Assembly (NCBI RefSeq): GCF_004010195.1
Contig: NC_057752.1
Coordinates: 2,121,199-2,185,198 of the forward strand
DNA length: 64,000 nucleotides
Origin: Chiloscyllium plagiosum
Lineage: Eukaryota
Reading direction: 5' to 3'
The notes under the pieces: generated by a model
The model's input: only the letters and a program-made list of their open reading frames with translations
Databases searched by the model: none
Told to the model about the DNA's origin: nothing
Made by a program: the position numbers and the translations under genes
Shown here: one piece after another, positions 28,840 through 42,903 of the stretch
Layout: each line of letters starts with the position of its first letter
Position numbering within the stretch: the first letter of the stretch is position 1

Positions 28840-31838
28840 CTGACAAAATGATTTATGTAAAAGCAACTATGACGAAAGAGAGATTGTTTGTTTATAGATG
28901 GAGCGTCTGGAGAGGCCTACTCCTGGACAGCTCTGGAGGGAGTTAGTTTTTGTGTTTTATCCGAAGATTGAAAGCTGAATGTTAGATTATTTGAGGAGGA
29001 GTAGTTTTTTTATTGTTTAGCTGAGCATTTTATTTCCTTTTAACATTTATATGTTTACTTTTTTCTTTTTTTTTGAATGCTTAATATTAAATCTGTGGGT
29101 AAGGAGAGGTAGTTTACTTTTATATATAAGGTGCTGTTCAGTTTTTTTTATGCTTAATGTCACAGAGGGTATTCAAGGGACACTGAGTGTAATGACTAGT
29201 AGATTTAGAGAAGTGATTACACAGCAGGATCAGTCAGATCGATGATTGACTGTTGGGAAAGGGAAGAAGGTAGTTCAGACGTCTCCTGCAGCTATTCCTC
29301 TCTCAAACAGATATTCCATTTTAGGTACTGTTGAAGGGATAGTCTCTCAGAGGAAAATAGAAGTGGTAGTAGGATCTTGGGCAAGTTGTTGTCCACACTG
29401 GTAGGAATGACATTGTTTGGGGAAGTGTTCAGGCTTTGCAGAGTGAATATAAGAGGTTTAGTAGAAGGTTAAAAAAACAGATCATCAAAAGTGATAATCT
29501 TTGGTTTACTTATGGTGCCAAGTTCGATTTAAATTTAGATGTTATTGTCACATGTACTCAAGCTCAGAAGTACAGGAGTACAGTGAGAAGTACATAATAT
29601 CGCCACACAGGGTGCCATCTTAGCTACCGAGGTGCAAAAAACGTAGGTACAAAGTAATAAGACAAACAGTTAAAAAGTTAAGCATTATTTCATAGAATGA
29701 GTAGAAAAATAAAGAAATAAGGTAATAGTTAAGATTAAAGTCTTTCTTAATTTAAACTAGGAAAATAAAGGAATAAGTTAAAAGTTCAACAGTCTTTGAT
29801 GATGGAAGCTCTAATGAGGGAAGGAAAAAAAGGATGGGGAGATAAATCACTGGCTGAAGAGGTGGTGCAATTTGCAGAGATTCAATTCCTTGGGTCATTG
29901 AGATCTCTTCTGGGACACAAAAGATTTGTTCAAAAATGATGGGTTTCACCTGAATTGGAAAGGGACAAATATCCTAGTGAGGATGTTTGCTAGTTCTATT
30001 TTGGGAGCCTATAAACTTTTTTGGGAGGGCTTCCTAAGTAACAGTGAAAATAGAAAGACAGATGAGGATGGTTCTGAATCTGAAAAAAAACAAGTTAATT
30101 AGAAAAGACAGACAAGCGCAGGTCAGAGAATGAAGTAACTCTGAAGAATTAAACTGCAATTATTTCAGTGTAAGAACTCTTACAGGTGAGGCTGCTGAAC
30201 TCAGCATGGATGGGAACATGGGACTGGGATGTCATAGCTATTGCAGAAATGTAGCTGAGGGAAGGACAGGACTGGCAACTCAATGTACTGGGTTTTAGAT
30301 ACTGTATGAAGGATAGAAAGAGAGGAGGGTAAGTGGTGTTTTTGATGAAGGAAAACAACTGTAATAGAGAAGATATTTCTGAGGAATCATTTAGCGAAAA
30401 TACATGAGTTGCAATTAGAAATAAAAAAGGGATGATCACCTTGATGGGATTGTACTATAGTACCCCTCCCCCAACAGTCAGAGGGAAATTGAGAAGCAAA
30501 TATATAGCGAGATCTCAAATATGTGTAAGAATAATAGGGTTGTAATAGTAGGGGATTTTAATTTTCCAAATATTGACTGGGACTGCCATAGTGTTAGAAG
30601 TTTGAATGGTGAAGAATTTGTTAAATATGTTCAAGATAGTTTTCTTTATCAATATATAAATGTTCCTACGAGAGAAGGAGCAAAACCTGACCTTCTCTTG
30701 GGGAAAAAAGGCAGGGCAAGTGACTGAAGTGTTTGTAGGGGAACACTTTGGGACTAGTGATCATAATTGTATTAGTTTTAAAGCAGTTTATGCCAAAGGA
30801 TAGGCCTTGTATAAAAGTTAAAGTTCCTCATTGGAGTAAGACAAGTTTTAATGGTATGAGACAGGAACTTTCAAAAGTTGATTGGAGTAGATTGTTCACA
30901 GGTAAAGAGGTGACTGACAAGTGGGAGGCTTTCAAAAGTGAGATAACGTGAGTTCAGAGGCATTATGTTCCTGTTAGAGTGAAAGGTAAGGCTGGTAAGA
31001 TCAAGGAAAAATGAATTAATAGAGATATTGAGGTTCTAGTCAAGAATAAAAATGAATCATAAATTAGATGTAGACACTTGGAACAAATAAATCTCTTGAA
31101 GAGTATAAAGACTGAAAGGGCATTCTTAAGAAGGTAATCAGGAGGGCAAAGAGGAGTTATGAGAGAGCCTTGATTAAAGATAATTCAGAAGATTCTACGA
31201 ATATATTAAGAGCAAGAGAGCAACTAGAGAGAGAGTAGGACCCCTTAAAGATCAATGAGGTCATCTTTGTGTTGAACCTCAGGAGTTGGGAGAGATAGCA
31301 TATGAATATTTTGTGTCAGTTGTTACTGTTGAGAAAGAGTTGGAGACTAGAGAACTTGGAAATAAATATTGATGTTTTGAAAACAGTTCACATAACAGAA
31401 GTGGAAATGCTGGAGGTCTTAGAAAACATAAAGGTAGATAAATCTCCACGACCTGATCAAGTGTTTCCCAGGATGTTGAGGGAAATTAGGTAGGAAATTA
31501 CAAGGCCCCTAGCAGAAATATTTATATCATTTTTAAACACGGATGAAGCACTGGAGGACTAGAGTGTAGCTAATGTTGTGCCATTGTTTAAGAAAGGCTA
31601 TAGGGAGAAGCCTGGAAACTAGAGGCCTGTGAGCCTGACATCGGTGGTGGGGAAGTTGTTAGAGTTGATTCTGAAAGAAGGGATTTACATTGAGGAAGGA
31701 GAGGCAAAGATTGATTAGGGATAGTCAGTATGGCTTTGTGTGAGGAAAATCATGTCTCACAAACTTGATTGAGTTTTTTAATGAAGTAACCAAAAAGATT
31801 GATGAGGGCAAAGTGGTGGACATTGTTTACATGGATAA
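28840..31838 (+). mobile_element. Long degraded CR1 LINE (ORF1 remnant, APE endonuclease, RT start)
   Basis: VGDFNFPNIDW, KVDKSPRPDQVFPRML and YGFV.GKSCLTNLIEFF motifs with stops and frameshifts. Confidence 0.85.
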
Positions 31839-32139
31839 CCTGAAATAAAGTGACAGCGTGAAATATGATGAAGTCTTTTGAAGTTAAAACAAAGAACTTA
31901 TAGAAAAGTCATAAGACGAGAAAGGCATTCAACCAGAACAGGGGAAGTGATAAAAAATGTTAGGAATATAATGCCAGTAAAAAGTTGGGGGTGGGGATGT
32001 GTGAATGATCTGTTCCACCTTCGGGTTACTTTACTATCAGTCTGATCGAGGTATCTCATAAAGGTATAGTTGCTGCTATATTGGTCTAGTTACAGAGTGG
32101 ACTTCCCTCCAACATAATTACACAATGTTCAGCATCATT

Positions 32140-32985
32140 CACGACTTCTCAGATATTCAGATATTGAAGCAGTCAACATGCAAATTCATCAAGACCTGGA
32201 CAATATCCAGGCTTGGGAATGAAAAGTGGCAAGTAACACTCATCTCACACAAATGTCAGGCAATGGCCATCATCAACTAAGAGAATATAACCATTGCTCC
32301 TTGATATTCAATGACATCGCCATCACTGACACCTTCACTATCAACATCCTGGGGTTATCATTGACCAGAGGCTCAACAGGACTAGCCTTATAAATGTACT
32401 AGTTACAACAGCAGGTCACAGGCTAAGAATTCAGCAGTGAGTAACACCCTCCTAACTCCCCAAAGCCTGTCCATCAACAACAAGGCACATGTCAGGAGTC
32501 TGATGGAATACTTCACACTTGTCTGGTTGGGTGCAGCTCCAATATTATTTGACACCATCCAGGACAAAACAGCCACTTAATTGTCACCACATTCACCACC
32601 GTCAATATTTACTTCCTCCACCACTGACACTCAGTAGCAGCAGCAGTGTGTACCAGCTACAAGATACACTATAGCAACATACCAAGGCTCCTTAGACTGC
32701 ACCTTCCAAACCCATGGCCACTTCCATTTAGAAGGACAAGGGCAGCAGATATATGGGCACACCACCACCACCACCACCTGCAAATACCCTTCTAAGCCAC
32801 TCACCATCCTGACTTGAATGTTGCTGGGTCCAAAACCTGGAAACCCATCTTCATGACACTGTAGGTGTCCCTAGACCTCACAGAGTGCAGTATTTCAAGA
32901 AGGTGGCTCACCACCACCTTCTCAAGGAAAATTTGAGATGAGCAATAAATGCTGGCCTTTTCAGCTATGCTCGCATCCAAAAACA
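32140..32985 (+). mobile_element. L2/CR1-clade LINE 3' fragment (second family)
   Basis: QDLDNIQAW..KWQV and PQSLSINNKAHVRSLMEY RT C-terminal motifs. Confidence 0.75.
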
Positions 32986-33025
32986 AATGTTTAAATGTGA
33001 TTGATTTCAAAAAGAACCATCACTC

Positions 33026-33570
33026 ATCATTGCCACTGAAGATCGAAACAGGTAATGTTTACACACTTGTTAGTCTGTTTATTTATAAGCAATCTATCTC
33101 AAAATCTACTGAATGGATTTCAGTGAAATCTGGTGCACAAATTGGGTATGGGCCAAGGAAAAACAGATTTGTTCTTGATGAAAATGCAAATCCAGATCAC
33201 AATCCTAATCCTGGAATTTTTTTTTAAAGGATCTGTTGACAATGGGCAATAAGATGAATTAACTTTGTTTTTAGAATATTGTTAGTTGTCTCAGCTGCAG
33301 TGGTGCAATTTGTCACACTTGTCAAAACATGAGCAGAGGTTTCAGAGCAGGTTGTTGGATGCGGATTAACTTGAAGCTTCTGCAGTGAGATTGAAGCTCT
33401 TACTGAAAGAAAATAGTTTCTCTGCTTTGATGTTATAAGGCATCAATCAGGTATGTAAAAGCCTCAAAGAAGAGTGGCATCGTTGTAATAATGTCAAGTT
33501 AATGTCGCATGGTGTGGATTGCTAACAGAGTGTGGCAGAGGTATATGCTCCTCTGAGTACTCTCTTCATT
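33026..33570 (+). mobile_element. Putative non-autonomous Helentron/HINE-like element
   Basis: CTCAAAATCTACTGAATGGATTTCAGTGAAATCTGGT..ATGGGCCAAGGAA..ATCCAGATCAC and terminal TGGCAGAGGTATATGCTCCTCTGAGT resemble fish HINE-type repeats (from recall). Confidence 0.4.
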
Positions 33571-34121
33571 TTATTTGTTTTTTTTCCAAAAGCTTGTGTG
33601 ATGATACACTTATAACTTGTACAAAAGAAGCTTTGAGGAACACCAGTAAGATAGGGAAAGTTGTGGCATGGAGTTTGAAGATTAGCGGTGAGGCAGTAGT
33701 CAGTTTTCAGCTGTTATGTCGTTTTGTTTCTATCCTGTTCAGAAATTTGCCTGATTCTGCCAGGCTGTGCTACCTCCAGTTTATCTGCCAAGTCAATCAA
33801 TTGGGTTTTGAAAGTTCCCTTTCAAGTGTGCTAGGGACACTTGAAGTGTCCCTAGGAGTGCTAGCACCTGCAAGATGTCCTTTGCAGTTTCCAGTGCCAT
33901 GCCTTAAATGCAGTACAGAACCTGATGTTTTCCTTTACCTGTCTTACTTTCTAATACCAGACCCAAATATTCATTGCTTCATCTGCTGAAGGCAGATGAA
34001 CTGGTTTTCTTCAAGCTTAAAGTGAGTTTTGACTGCAGAGAACAGAGAGACAGCTCCTGAGCTAGTGTCGAGATCAAATCGCTTGTCTGAATCTTGTTTC
34101 CAGTCCCAAATTGTTCATAAG

Positions 34122-34455
34122 GGGAGGCACTGGCTGAGTGGTATTATTGTTTGACAGTTAATCCAGAGACCATGATAATGTTTTGGGGACCCAGGTTCAA
34201 ATCCTGCCACGGTAGATGGTGGAATTTGAATTCAATTTTTAAAATTTGGAACTAAGAGTCTAATATCGATTGTCAGAAAAAACCTGTCTAGTTCACTGAT
34301 GTACTTTATCGAAGGAAACTTCCTTATCTTGTCTGGCCTTCATGTGACTCCTGACCACACAGCAATGTGGTTGACTCTTAAACTGCCCTCTGAGTAATTA
34401 TGGATGGGCAAAGAATGCTTGCCTAGCCAGCGATGCCCACATCCCTTGAATGAAT
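34122..34455 (+). mobile_element. tRNA-derived SINE, second family (SacSINE1-like, tentative)
   Basis: B box GGTTCAAATCC and body GTGGTTGACTCTTAA.CTGCCCTCTG; other copies at 35311-35600 and 37908-38095 plus 40066-40160. Confidence 0.65.
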
Positions 34456-35089
34456 AACTTTCTTTAAAATGACCTGAGAACCAATCACACGGTTGTTGGT
34501 GGGCTGGGCATGAGGGCTTTGTTATTGATAACTGGTCACTGCTCCATAGACCAATCAATGTCTTGTTGCCAACCACAGTTGCATCTAACCTGGCCCCTCA
34601 GGTCCAGTTTGTCTGCAACCTAAACTATGTTGACTTTTTTTGTGTTCAAGCAGCTATTTAAATGATGCCTGCCATGAGTGTCAGTTTACTACTTTTCAAA
34701 ACATGCAGCAATCTTTTAAAAACCAGTTTTAAAACAATTCCTTCTCATTTCAATCCACAATTTCAAGAAGCACAAAAATGAAAGACACCACCTTTACAAA
34801 TGCAAGAGTTGTTAGAGGACCCTCCTCGATTGCGAGAGCAATGGTCAAGCCTTGGATGAGCTTGGTACAGATTTCAGTTATGAGAAACATCTTTGAGCCT
34901 GATCAGAAGTTAGCATAGTGAGACCACAAGTGTCAAAAATTCAGTGCCAGTTAGTAGCACTTCAGGCTTGGCAAGGGTTCTTGTGGTGCAATGGTCTCCC
35001 TACTACTGAGCCAAGTGACCTGTGTTCCAGTCCCACCTTTTGCAACAGTGTGTTGTAACATCTCTGAACAGACTGATTAGGAAAATTTA

Positions 35090-35310
35090 AAAACAATGAC
35101 TGCAGGTGCTGGAAACCAGAGTCTAGATTAGAGTGGCACTGGTAAAGCACAGCAGGTCAGACAGCAGCTGAGGAGCAGGAAAATCAACGTTTAGGGCATA
35201 AGCCCTTCATCAGGAAGGGCCAATGAATGGCTTATGCCTGAAACATTGATTCTTCTGCTCCTCGGATGCTGCCTGACCTGTGCTTTTCCAGCACCACACT
35301 TTTCGACTCG
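35090..35310. mobile_element. Penelope-like termini in inverted pair, hammerhead cores mutated
   Basis: Minus copy about 35090-35215 followed by plus copy about 35226-35310. Confidence 0.7.
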
Positions 35311-35691
35311 TAATCCAAAGCCCCAGGCTAAAGTGCTGGGGACGTGGATTCGAATCCCACCATGTCAGATTTGAATTGAATAACATTCTGGAATTTTAAA
35401 AAAAGGGTGAGTTGAATGGCGCCCATTTAACCACTGTTGATTATCGTTTAAAACCCATCTTGTTAATCAATATCCTTTCGGGAAGGAAATCTGCCCACCT
35501 TACTCTTCTGGCCTACATGTGACTCCACACCCACAGCAATGTGGTCTTAAGTGCCCTCTGGGCAATTAGGGATGGGCGACAAATGGTGCCCACATCCTAT
35601 GTGCAATTTTTCAAATATATGCAGCCAGTTGAGATGGCTCTGTGGCATATGGCAAGGTAAATGCTGTTCAATAATAATGTATTCTTGATGT

Positions 35692-36009
35692 TTAGATTAG
35701 ATTAGATTACAGTGTGGAAACAGGCCCTTCGGCCCAACAAGTCCACACCAACCCGCCGAAGCGCAACCCACCCATACCCCTACATTTACCCCTTACCTAA
35801 CAATATGGGCAATTTAGCATGGCCAATTCACCTGACCTGCACATCTTTGGACTGTGGGAGGAAACCGGAGCAAACCCACGCAGACACGGGGAGAACGTGC
35901 AAACTCCACACAGTCAGTCACCTGAGGCGGGAATTGAACCCGGGTCTCAGGCGCTGTGAGGCAGCAGTGCTAACCACTGTGCCGCCCGTGCGTGCCACCG
36001 TGCCGCCCG
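35692..36009 (-). mobile_element. HE1-like V-SINE
   Basis: Reverse complement of the 4296 and 11348 copies; (GATTA)n at left; short duplication in the 5' head. Confidence 0.88.
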
Positions 36010-38095
36010 TCAATATGTTATTTTTAAATATTGGGCAGAGGTTTGCTCAAGCTATCTGCAGAATGTAATTTGGGACCTTCTAGGTGTCTTTAACTTGTTT
36101 TCCACCCTCAAAGAGTAGCATCTCCAATGACAATTTACAAATTACCAAATCCAGATTTGCACTCTGACACGACTTCCTGATCTTTTGCCCAATCTAGACT
36201 CTAATATAAATTTGTCTGCAAATTGCAACCAGTATGTAAATTAAATGCAATGATTTAAAAAAGAACTTGGTTCAACATGAGGTAGTAGTTTTAAACCAGT
36301 ACTTGCATAGACTGATGCAAAGCAAATAAGCCAGATTGGAAGTGCTCACTGTAGAAGTGAATATCGTCAGAACTCTCCTCTCCAGTGTCCAAATGTTTGT
36401 TACATTTTGATGCTTTATCGAGTTATCCATAACAACAATGCACTGTTTGGTAAAATACAAAAGATTTATGAGGCAGTCTTAAAGAGATTATTTCTGGTGC
36501 AACCTCAAAGTATTAGGAGGTGCCCTGCTTGAGAAACTTTGCACAATTTGTTAAAGTGTGAAGCATCGCACTGTTAGTAAATTATGCCATTACTTTGCAC
36601 TAGTGTAAGCCAAATACAACCTCACGTCACTGTAGGAGATGCAGAGGTTGGAGTGGTGGGAAAAATTCTATGTTTGGAGCTAAGTTCCAGGAAGGTGGGA
36701 TATCTACTCTTCCTACACATCTCTCTCTATCCTAGTCCTGACCTTCATTCCTGAGTCAAGCCTCATTGCACTTATGTGACTGGCTCATGTCAGGATTCCC
36801 ACCATCAGACTGGAGCTTACCAGAGTGAGCAATTGAACATGAGTGGTGTTGCACTGGGTGCAACAGTGTAACACCAGAAGAGACAGTGAGGAACCTTTTA
36901 AGGTGCAGTATTGTCCTCCAAAGAAGGAAGTCTCCCAATGTAGGCTTTGTCAAAGACAGGAATCAGTTTGATGCCTGGAGTTAATAGTTCCTTCACAGCA
37001 ATTCAGAAAAGACAATATAACTCCTGATTTGGGTCCTCACCAGATTGTGGAGGTGAAACCCCTTGAAGATAGCAATCCTGTCTTGTTTAGATTTGACATG
37101 GAACATAAGTGGTTTGTCAAATCTGATTTGAAAAAAAAATGCAGTAGGGACCTTGTCCCCTTGGGCACCTGATGAATTAATGGCTGGGAGCAGAGGTCTT
37201 TACTTGGTAGATTGTGCTTGTTGACATGAAGATTCAACAAAGAGCTGTGTGACAGTATTCAGGAGGGACTACTCTGTTAGAAGCTTTAACTCTTAGGTAC
37301 CAAAGTCAGCTTATGGTGTAAATGCAGTTTGTGCCCTACATCTGTGGATCTTGGGCACAGATTGGTGTGAGCATCTGTTGCTGGTTCAATTGTTTCCATA
37401 GCAATGTAACATCAATGAGATGGTTAATTAAGGTTAAATGAATAAGTAATGTCAGAATACTTCATTAGTACTTCGCACAAATTGGCAAATCAACCTCCCC
37501 AAACCAGATTGCAAAGTAACGGCTCATTCATAACTGCTTCAATTGTTTTAATTCTCAATTTCTCTCTTGAGGAAGCTCAAGGGGGCAGAAGTTTCTACTT
37601 TCTTCGAGTGTTTTATGGTGTTTGCATCTCTTTGATTGCGACACAAGTGTTATTTCATTTAACCTATCCAAATTTTAAATATACAGGAGGCTTTGTGGCA
37701 GAGGAAGATGGATATTATGCTGCGCCACTGAACTGTTCCTTACAATTTGTTAACGTTTTGCTGTTGCTTCTGTTGCCAGTTTGTTAAGTTGTGATGGAGT
37801 TGATTGATATAAAGAAATGAAGTATTTTGAGAATTTCTGTTGAGTATTATCAAATTCTCAAAGACATGCCTTCAGTTAGGTATAGGCCACACACCCTCAC
37901 CAAGAGAAGGCAATGGCTCAGTGCTGTTTTCACTAGACTATTAATCACTGGACACCCGGTAATGACCTGGGCTTGACAGATGGTGGAATTTGAATTCAAT
38001 TGAAAATCTGAAATTAAGAGTCTCAAGATGACCGTGAAACCAGTATTGATTGTCATCTGGTTCGCTAATGTCTTTCAAAGGAGGAAATCAGATGT

Positions 38096-40065
38096 CATAG
38101 AGTCATACAGCATGGAAACAGACCCTTTGGTCCAACTCATCCATGCCAACCAAGTTTCCCAAACTAAAAAAGGCCCATTTGACAGTATTTGGCCCATATC
38201 CTGCTAAACCTTTCCTATTCATGTACCTGTCAAAATGTCTTTTAAATGTTGTAACTGTACTTGCCTCTACCACTTCCTCTGGCAGTTTCATCCACATATG
38301 AACCAGCCACTGTGTGAAAAAAGTTGCCCCTCAAGTTCCTTGTAAATCTTTCTCCTCTCACCTTAAATCTATGCCCTCTAGTTTTGAACTTCCCTACCCT
38401 GGGGAAAAGACCTTTGCTAGTCACCTTATCTATGCCCCTCATGATTTTATAAACCCCTATAAGGTCACACCTCAAACTTCTACATTGCAATGAAAAGAAA
38501 TCCCAGCCTATTCAGCCCTTCCTTATAACTCAAACCTTCCAGTCCTGGTAACATACTTGTTAATTTTTTCTGCACCCTCTCCAATTTAATAATGTCCTTC
38601 CTATAACAGGGCGACCAGAACTCCAAAGGTGCCTCACCAACATCCGATACAACTGCAACATGAAGTTTCAACTTCTATACTTAATGGTCTGAGCAATAAA
38701 AAAAAAATCAAGCATGCCAAATTGCCTTCTTTATCACCATGATTACCTGTGATGCAATTTTTAATGAACTATATACCTGAAATCCTAGGTCTGTCTCTTT
38801 GACAGCACTTCCCAGGGCCCTACCATTAACTGTATAAGTTATTTGTCTTACCAAAATATAATACTTTCCGTTTATCAAAATTAAACTCCATTTGCAAGAC
38901 CTCAGCCCATTGGCCCAATTGATCAAGATCCCTTTGTAATTGTAGATAACCTTCTTTACTGTCCATTATGCCACCAATTTTGGTGTCATTCACAAACTTA
39001 TGAACCATGCCTCCTGTACTCTCACCCAAATCATATATACAAATGGCTAACAACAGTGGACACAACACCTGTTCCTGCAAAACACCGCTGGCCATCGGCC
39101 TCCAGTCTGAAAAACAACTCTCCACCACCACCCTCTGTCTCCTGCCATGAAGCTTTTTTAGTATTCAATTGGGAAGCTCTCCCTGAATCTCATGTGACCT
39201 AACTTTACTAATTAATCTACCATGTGGAACTTTGTCAAAGACTTTACTAAAGTCCATGTAAACAATGCCTACTGCTCTGCCTTCATCAATCTTTTTGGTC
39301 ATGACCTCAAAAAACTCAATCAAGTTGGTGAGACCTCATTCCCCATGCACAAAATCATGTTGACTATCCCTATTCAATCCTTACCTTTCCAAATACATGT
39401 AAATCCTCAGAATCCCCTCCAACAACTTACCCAACACTGATGCAGTTCTGTAGTTCCCAGGCTTCTCCTTGCAGCCTTCTTTAAATAAAGGCACAACATT
39501 AGCCACCTTCCAGTCCTCCAGCACCTCACCCGTGGCTGTAGATCATGCAAATATCTCTGCCAGAGAACCCACCATTTCTTCCCTTGCTTCCCACACTGTC
39601 CTGGGATACACCTGATCAGGTCCCAGAGATTTATTTGCCTTTATGTTTTTTAAGACCTCCTCTTCTGTGATGTGGACTGTTTTCAAGACATCAATATTTA
39701 TTTCCCCGAGTTCCCTCGACTCCATGCCTTTCTCCCCAGTAAATACTCACACAAAATATTTGTTTAGTGTCTCTTCCTTCTCATGTGGTTCCATACATAG
39801 ATGAATTTGTTGATCTTTCAGGGGCCCTATTCTCTCCCTAGTTGCTTTTTTGCTTTTAATGTTCTTGTAGATTCTCTTTGGATTATTCTTAACCTTATCT
39901 GCCAAGGCTCTTTCATATCCCCTTTTTGACCTTCTGATTTCCTTCTTAAGAATGTCCCTCCTCCCCTTATACTCTTCAAGAGCTTCACTTGATCCCAGAG
40001 TTGTCTATATCTAACATATACCTCCTCCTTATTCCTTACCAGAGCCTCAATATCTCTATTGTTCC
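38096..40065 (-). mobile_element. CR1 LINE (RT and 3' end) inserted into a SINE
   Basis: SDWRPMASGV.Q..VL.PLL, KFVNDTKIGG and LQRDLDQLGQWA motifs; both flanks are halves of one SINE. Confidence 0.88.
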
Positions 40066-42675
40066 CTACTCCCACCAGGTCTGACCTACACATGAGTCCA
40101 GACCAACAGCAATGCACTTGACTCTTAACTGCCCTCTGGACAATTGGGGATGGGCAAGAAATTATGCCTATATCTTGTAAATGTTTTTAAAAAATGCGTA
40201 ATTGTACCTGTTTAAAGTGACCTGGTCCTCCATTTGAGTGCAAAATCAATGATTGCACCACAGATAATCTTCACTTAAAGTGATTGAGCTCTGCCTTTCT
40301 GCTCTTAGAAAGGTAGTTATAGCTGTGATTCTGCAAAAGCTGTGTATCCTTGTCCCAAATAAACCTCTCAACAATTCTAGTGGAGCTATCAAATCTGTTT
40401 ACTTGGCCTGAGCTAATAAGCATTCTGACAATATGAAATAACCAAGTATAATTTAATTTGATGCCTCCTAAACAGTGGAGATAAGTTCAGTCCTAGCAAA
40501 AACAGAGTCAATTTGCCTTAGTGTTCATTGCTGTTACGCTTTCCATACTTATTTTTTGGGGACCTCTTATCGAATTTAGCTCATTCCCCAGCAGGAGGCT
40601 CATACTGTAATTTGAACAAATAGTGCCACTGATGACATTAACAGGACATTTAATGAGCACTAGGCTTTAAGACTGCTTTTTCTTTTAATACTCAGAATGG
40701 AATGGACTGAGCAGTTTCTACCATGGGAGATTGCCACTGAGAGCATAAAGATGGAAGTAGTTGTAAAAGTCAAGGCAGGCATTAGCAGTGTCTGGTTAAC
40801 TCATCCCAAAGCTATTGAGGCTTGTTGTGTCACACTCACGTTTGGCATTCTCTGGATTTAATGCATGCAGTTGAATGGAAATTTTAGAAAAATTACAAAA
40901 CTATTAGCAATTCAAAATTAACTTAGTAGGTCAGGCTTGTGAGATTCTGAGCTGTCTGAGTTTGAAGCAACTATCTGGTGACCGTATTAATAGTCATGTA
41001 ATAAATAAGGTTTTGTGGGCCAGTAAATAACTTCTCTAACCTTAACTCAGTTGCTAATTTCCGCTGCGTTATCTGATTTTAATTGGTATCAGTGCCCTTC
41101 AATTAAGGAAGAGAAAATTCACCATGCAGGGTTCTTACTGCCCAGTAGCTGCAAAGGGAAAATTATCTGTGGGGTGCCATCAGATGACGATAGAACTCAA
41201 CTTTTCTGCGGTGTGTCTGTGGTCCAAGGATCTGCTGCCACTCACTGACAAAGGCTTATGTGAAGAATGTTTGCTTTGGTGAACTACTGGAGAACTGCCT
41301 TCATTACAGTGAAGGGACTTTTTGTTTTTGAATAGCGGTAAAGTTCAGGTTTTATGTTGTTACTGTGAGTGAATTTGGACCTGGGACAATAAGAAGAAAG
41401 CTTGTAGGAATAATGACTGCATTGGTATTGAGAAAGACAATAAAGTCAAAAACTTTGCAATGGATAAAGAGGATTTTGAGATGAGAGATGAGCACATATC
41501 AAACTGTTAACAACTGGCTACTCAAATCACAAAGTCAATAGTAGGAAGGAAGGCTATGTGGCCTATCAGGTTAATGCTGGACTAGTGTGCCAATACTGTA
41601 GTCAAAGTGATGATGACAAAAGCCCATGTTATGTTGCTCCAAGTATCTTGACCACATTGTGCTGGAACAATATAGATTCTGAAAGGTCAGTAAGTAGTTG
41701 AATTACAAACCCTGCTCACCATTTAGTGAGAAACATGAAGCTCACTCAACAATGTGGGTAAATTAAAGTTAGTCTGAGATTGCATAATTAATCATTTCAG
41801 TTCAGCTTTGTATTTTGAATTATTGCATCAACCATCTTGAAAATGCATTAACCTTTGGAGCATTATAACTTATTAGAATTGTTCATTTGAGTTTTCAGTT
41901 ATCTGGTGTAGCAAATAGGTACTTTGGGACAACTGAACTGTAGTATGGGAAGGGTATTGTAGCTGTACAATAGAAGATCGAAGTGGACACAGTAGAATTT
42001 ATTCTGTGTATGATAATGGGTGAGTGCTACCTAATAAGATATGCAAGTTCACATTTTCTCGATTAATTTTTATTTTGTTTCTCAGTGAGAACTTTTAGTG
42101 CAGAGGAATGGAATGTGTTATTATTTCAGTTACCTTATTTTAGTATCAAGCATTTCAGGCCAAGTGCATCATGATTTGATATAAAACAAAACTGTTTCTT
42201 CAACAGTCTACTTCACCCCACACTTCGAAACTAATACTCCACTAGTGTGGCATTTTACCCATGTCCCAACCAAACCATCCTATCTTTTCTTAGCAAATTA
42301 CAGTGAAATCCAGGATAGACAGTATCCAAATCCCCTGCTCATAGGAGTGCCAATCCCAAGCTTGCTTAAAGAATCAGTCATATGTGCCCTGCTGCTAGCT
42401 ATTAATGATGCTGCAATTGTGTCTGATAAGTCAAAACTAAAAATAACCAGTTGTTAGTGACCGTTAAAAATTGTCTCCACCACAAGCTTTTTCAACAGCC
42501 CTTTTAGTTTTGAGCTCAAGCATTGTTATTAAATCCATTGACATGGTTTGCATTCAACACTGCTTGCTTTCCTGCATGAACTTTTTCTGGAATGTGATTT
42601 CTGTTCTTTTTGTGAACATGTGAGATGAGTGTTCACCCAGAGTATAGGTATAACAGTGTATGTTTATTTCTACAG

Positions 42676-42903
42676 GCCTGAAGACCATTGTGGGTGCTCT
42701 AATCCAGTCTGTGAAGAAGCTGTCTGATGTAATGATTTTGACTGTATTCTGCCTGAGTGTCTTTGCCCTTATTGGACTCCAGTTGTTTATGGGCAATTTG
42801 AGGCAGAAGTGTGTCATTTGGCCACCCAATCCAGCATATCTAAATGCCACAGATGAAAATGGAACAAGGATTTTTGACTTTAATGACTACATTATGAATG
42901 ACA
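42676..42903 (+). CDS. scn8a: Nav alpha subunit exon 6 (DI S4-S5 linker, S5, extracellular loop), 228 nt
   Basis: TACAG acceptor; (G)[75 protein letters not shown](T); donor ACA|GTAAGC. The short loop is Nav1.6-like. Confidence 0.93.

Noticed and set aside
33519..33989. 156-aa ORF and similar short intronic ORFs
   Set aside because: No recognisable motifs or splice context; consistent with chance.
35712..36068. Recurring MWKQALRPNK ORF (also 4332-4592)
   Set aside because: It is the antisense reading of the HE1 SINE.
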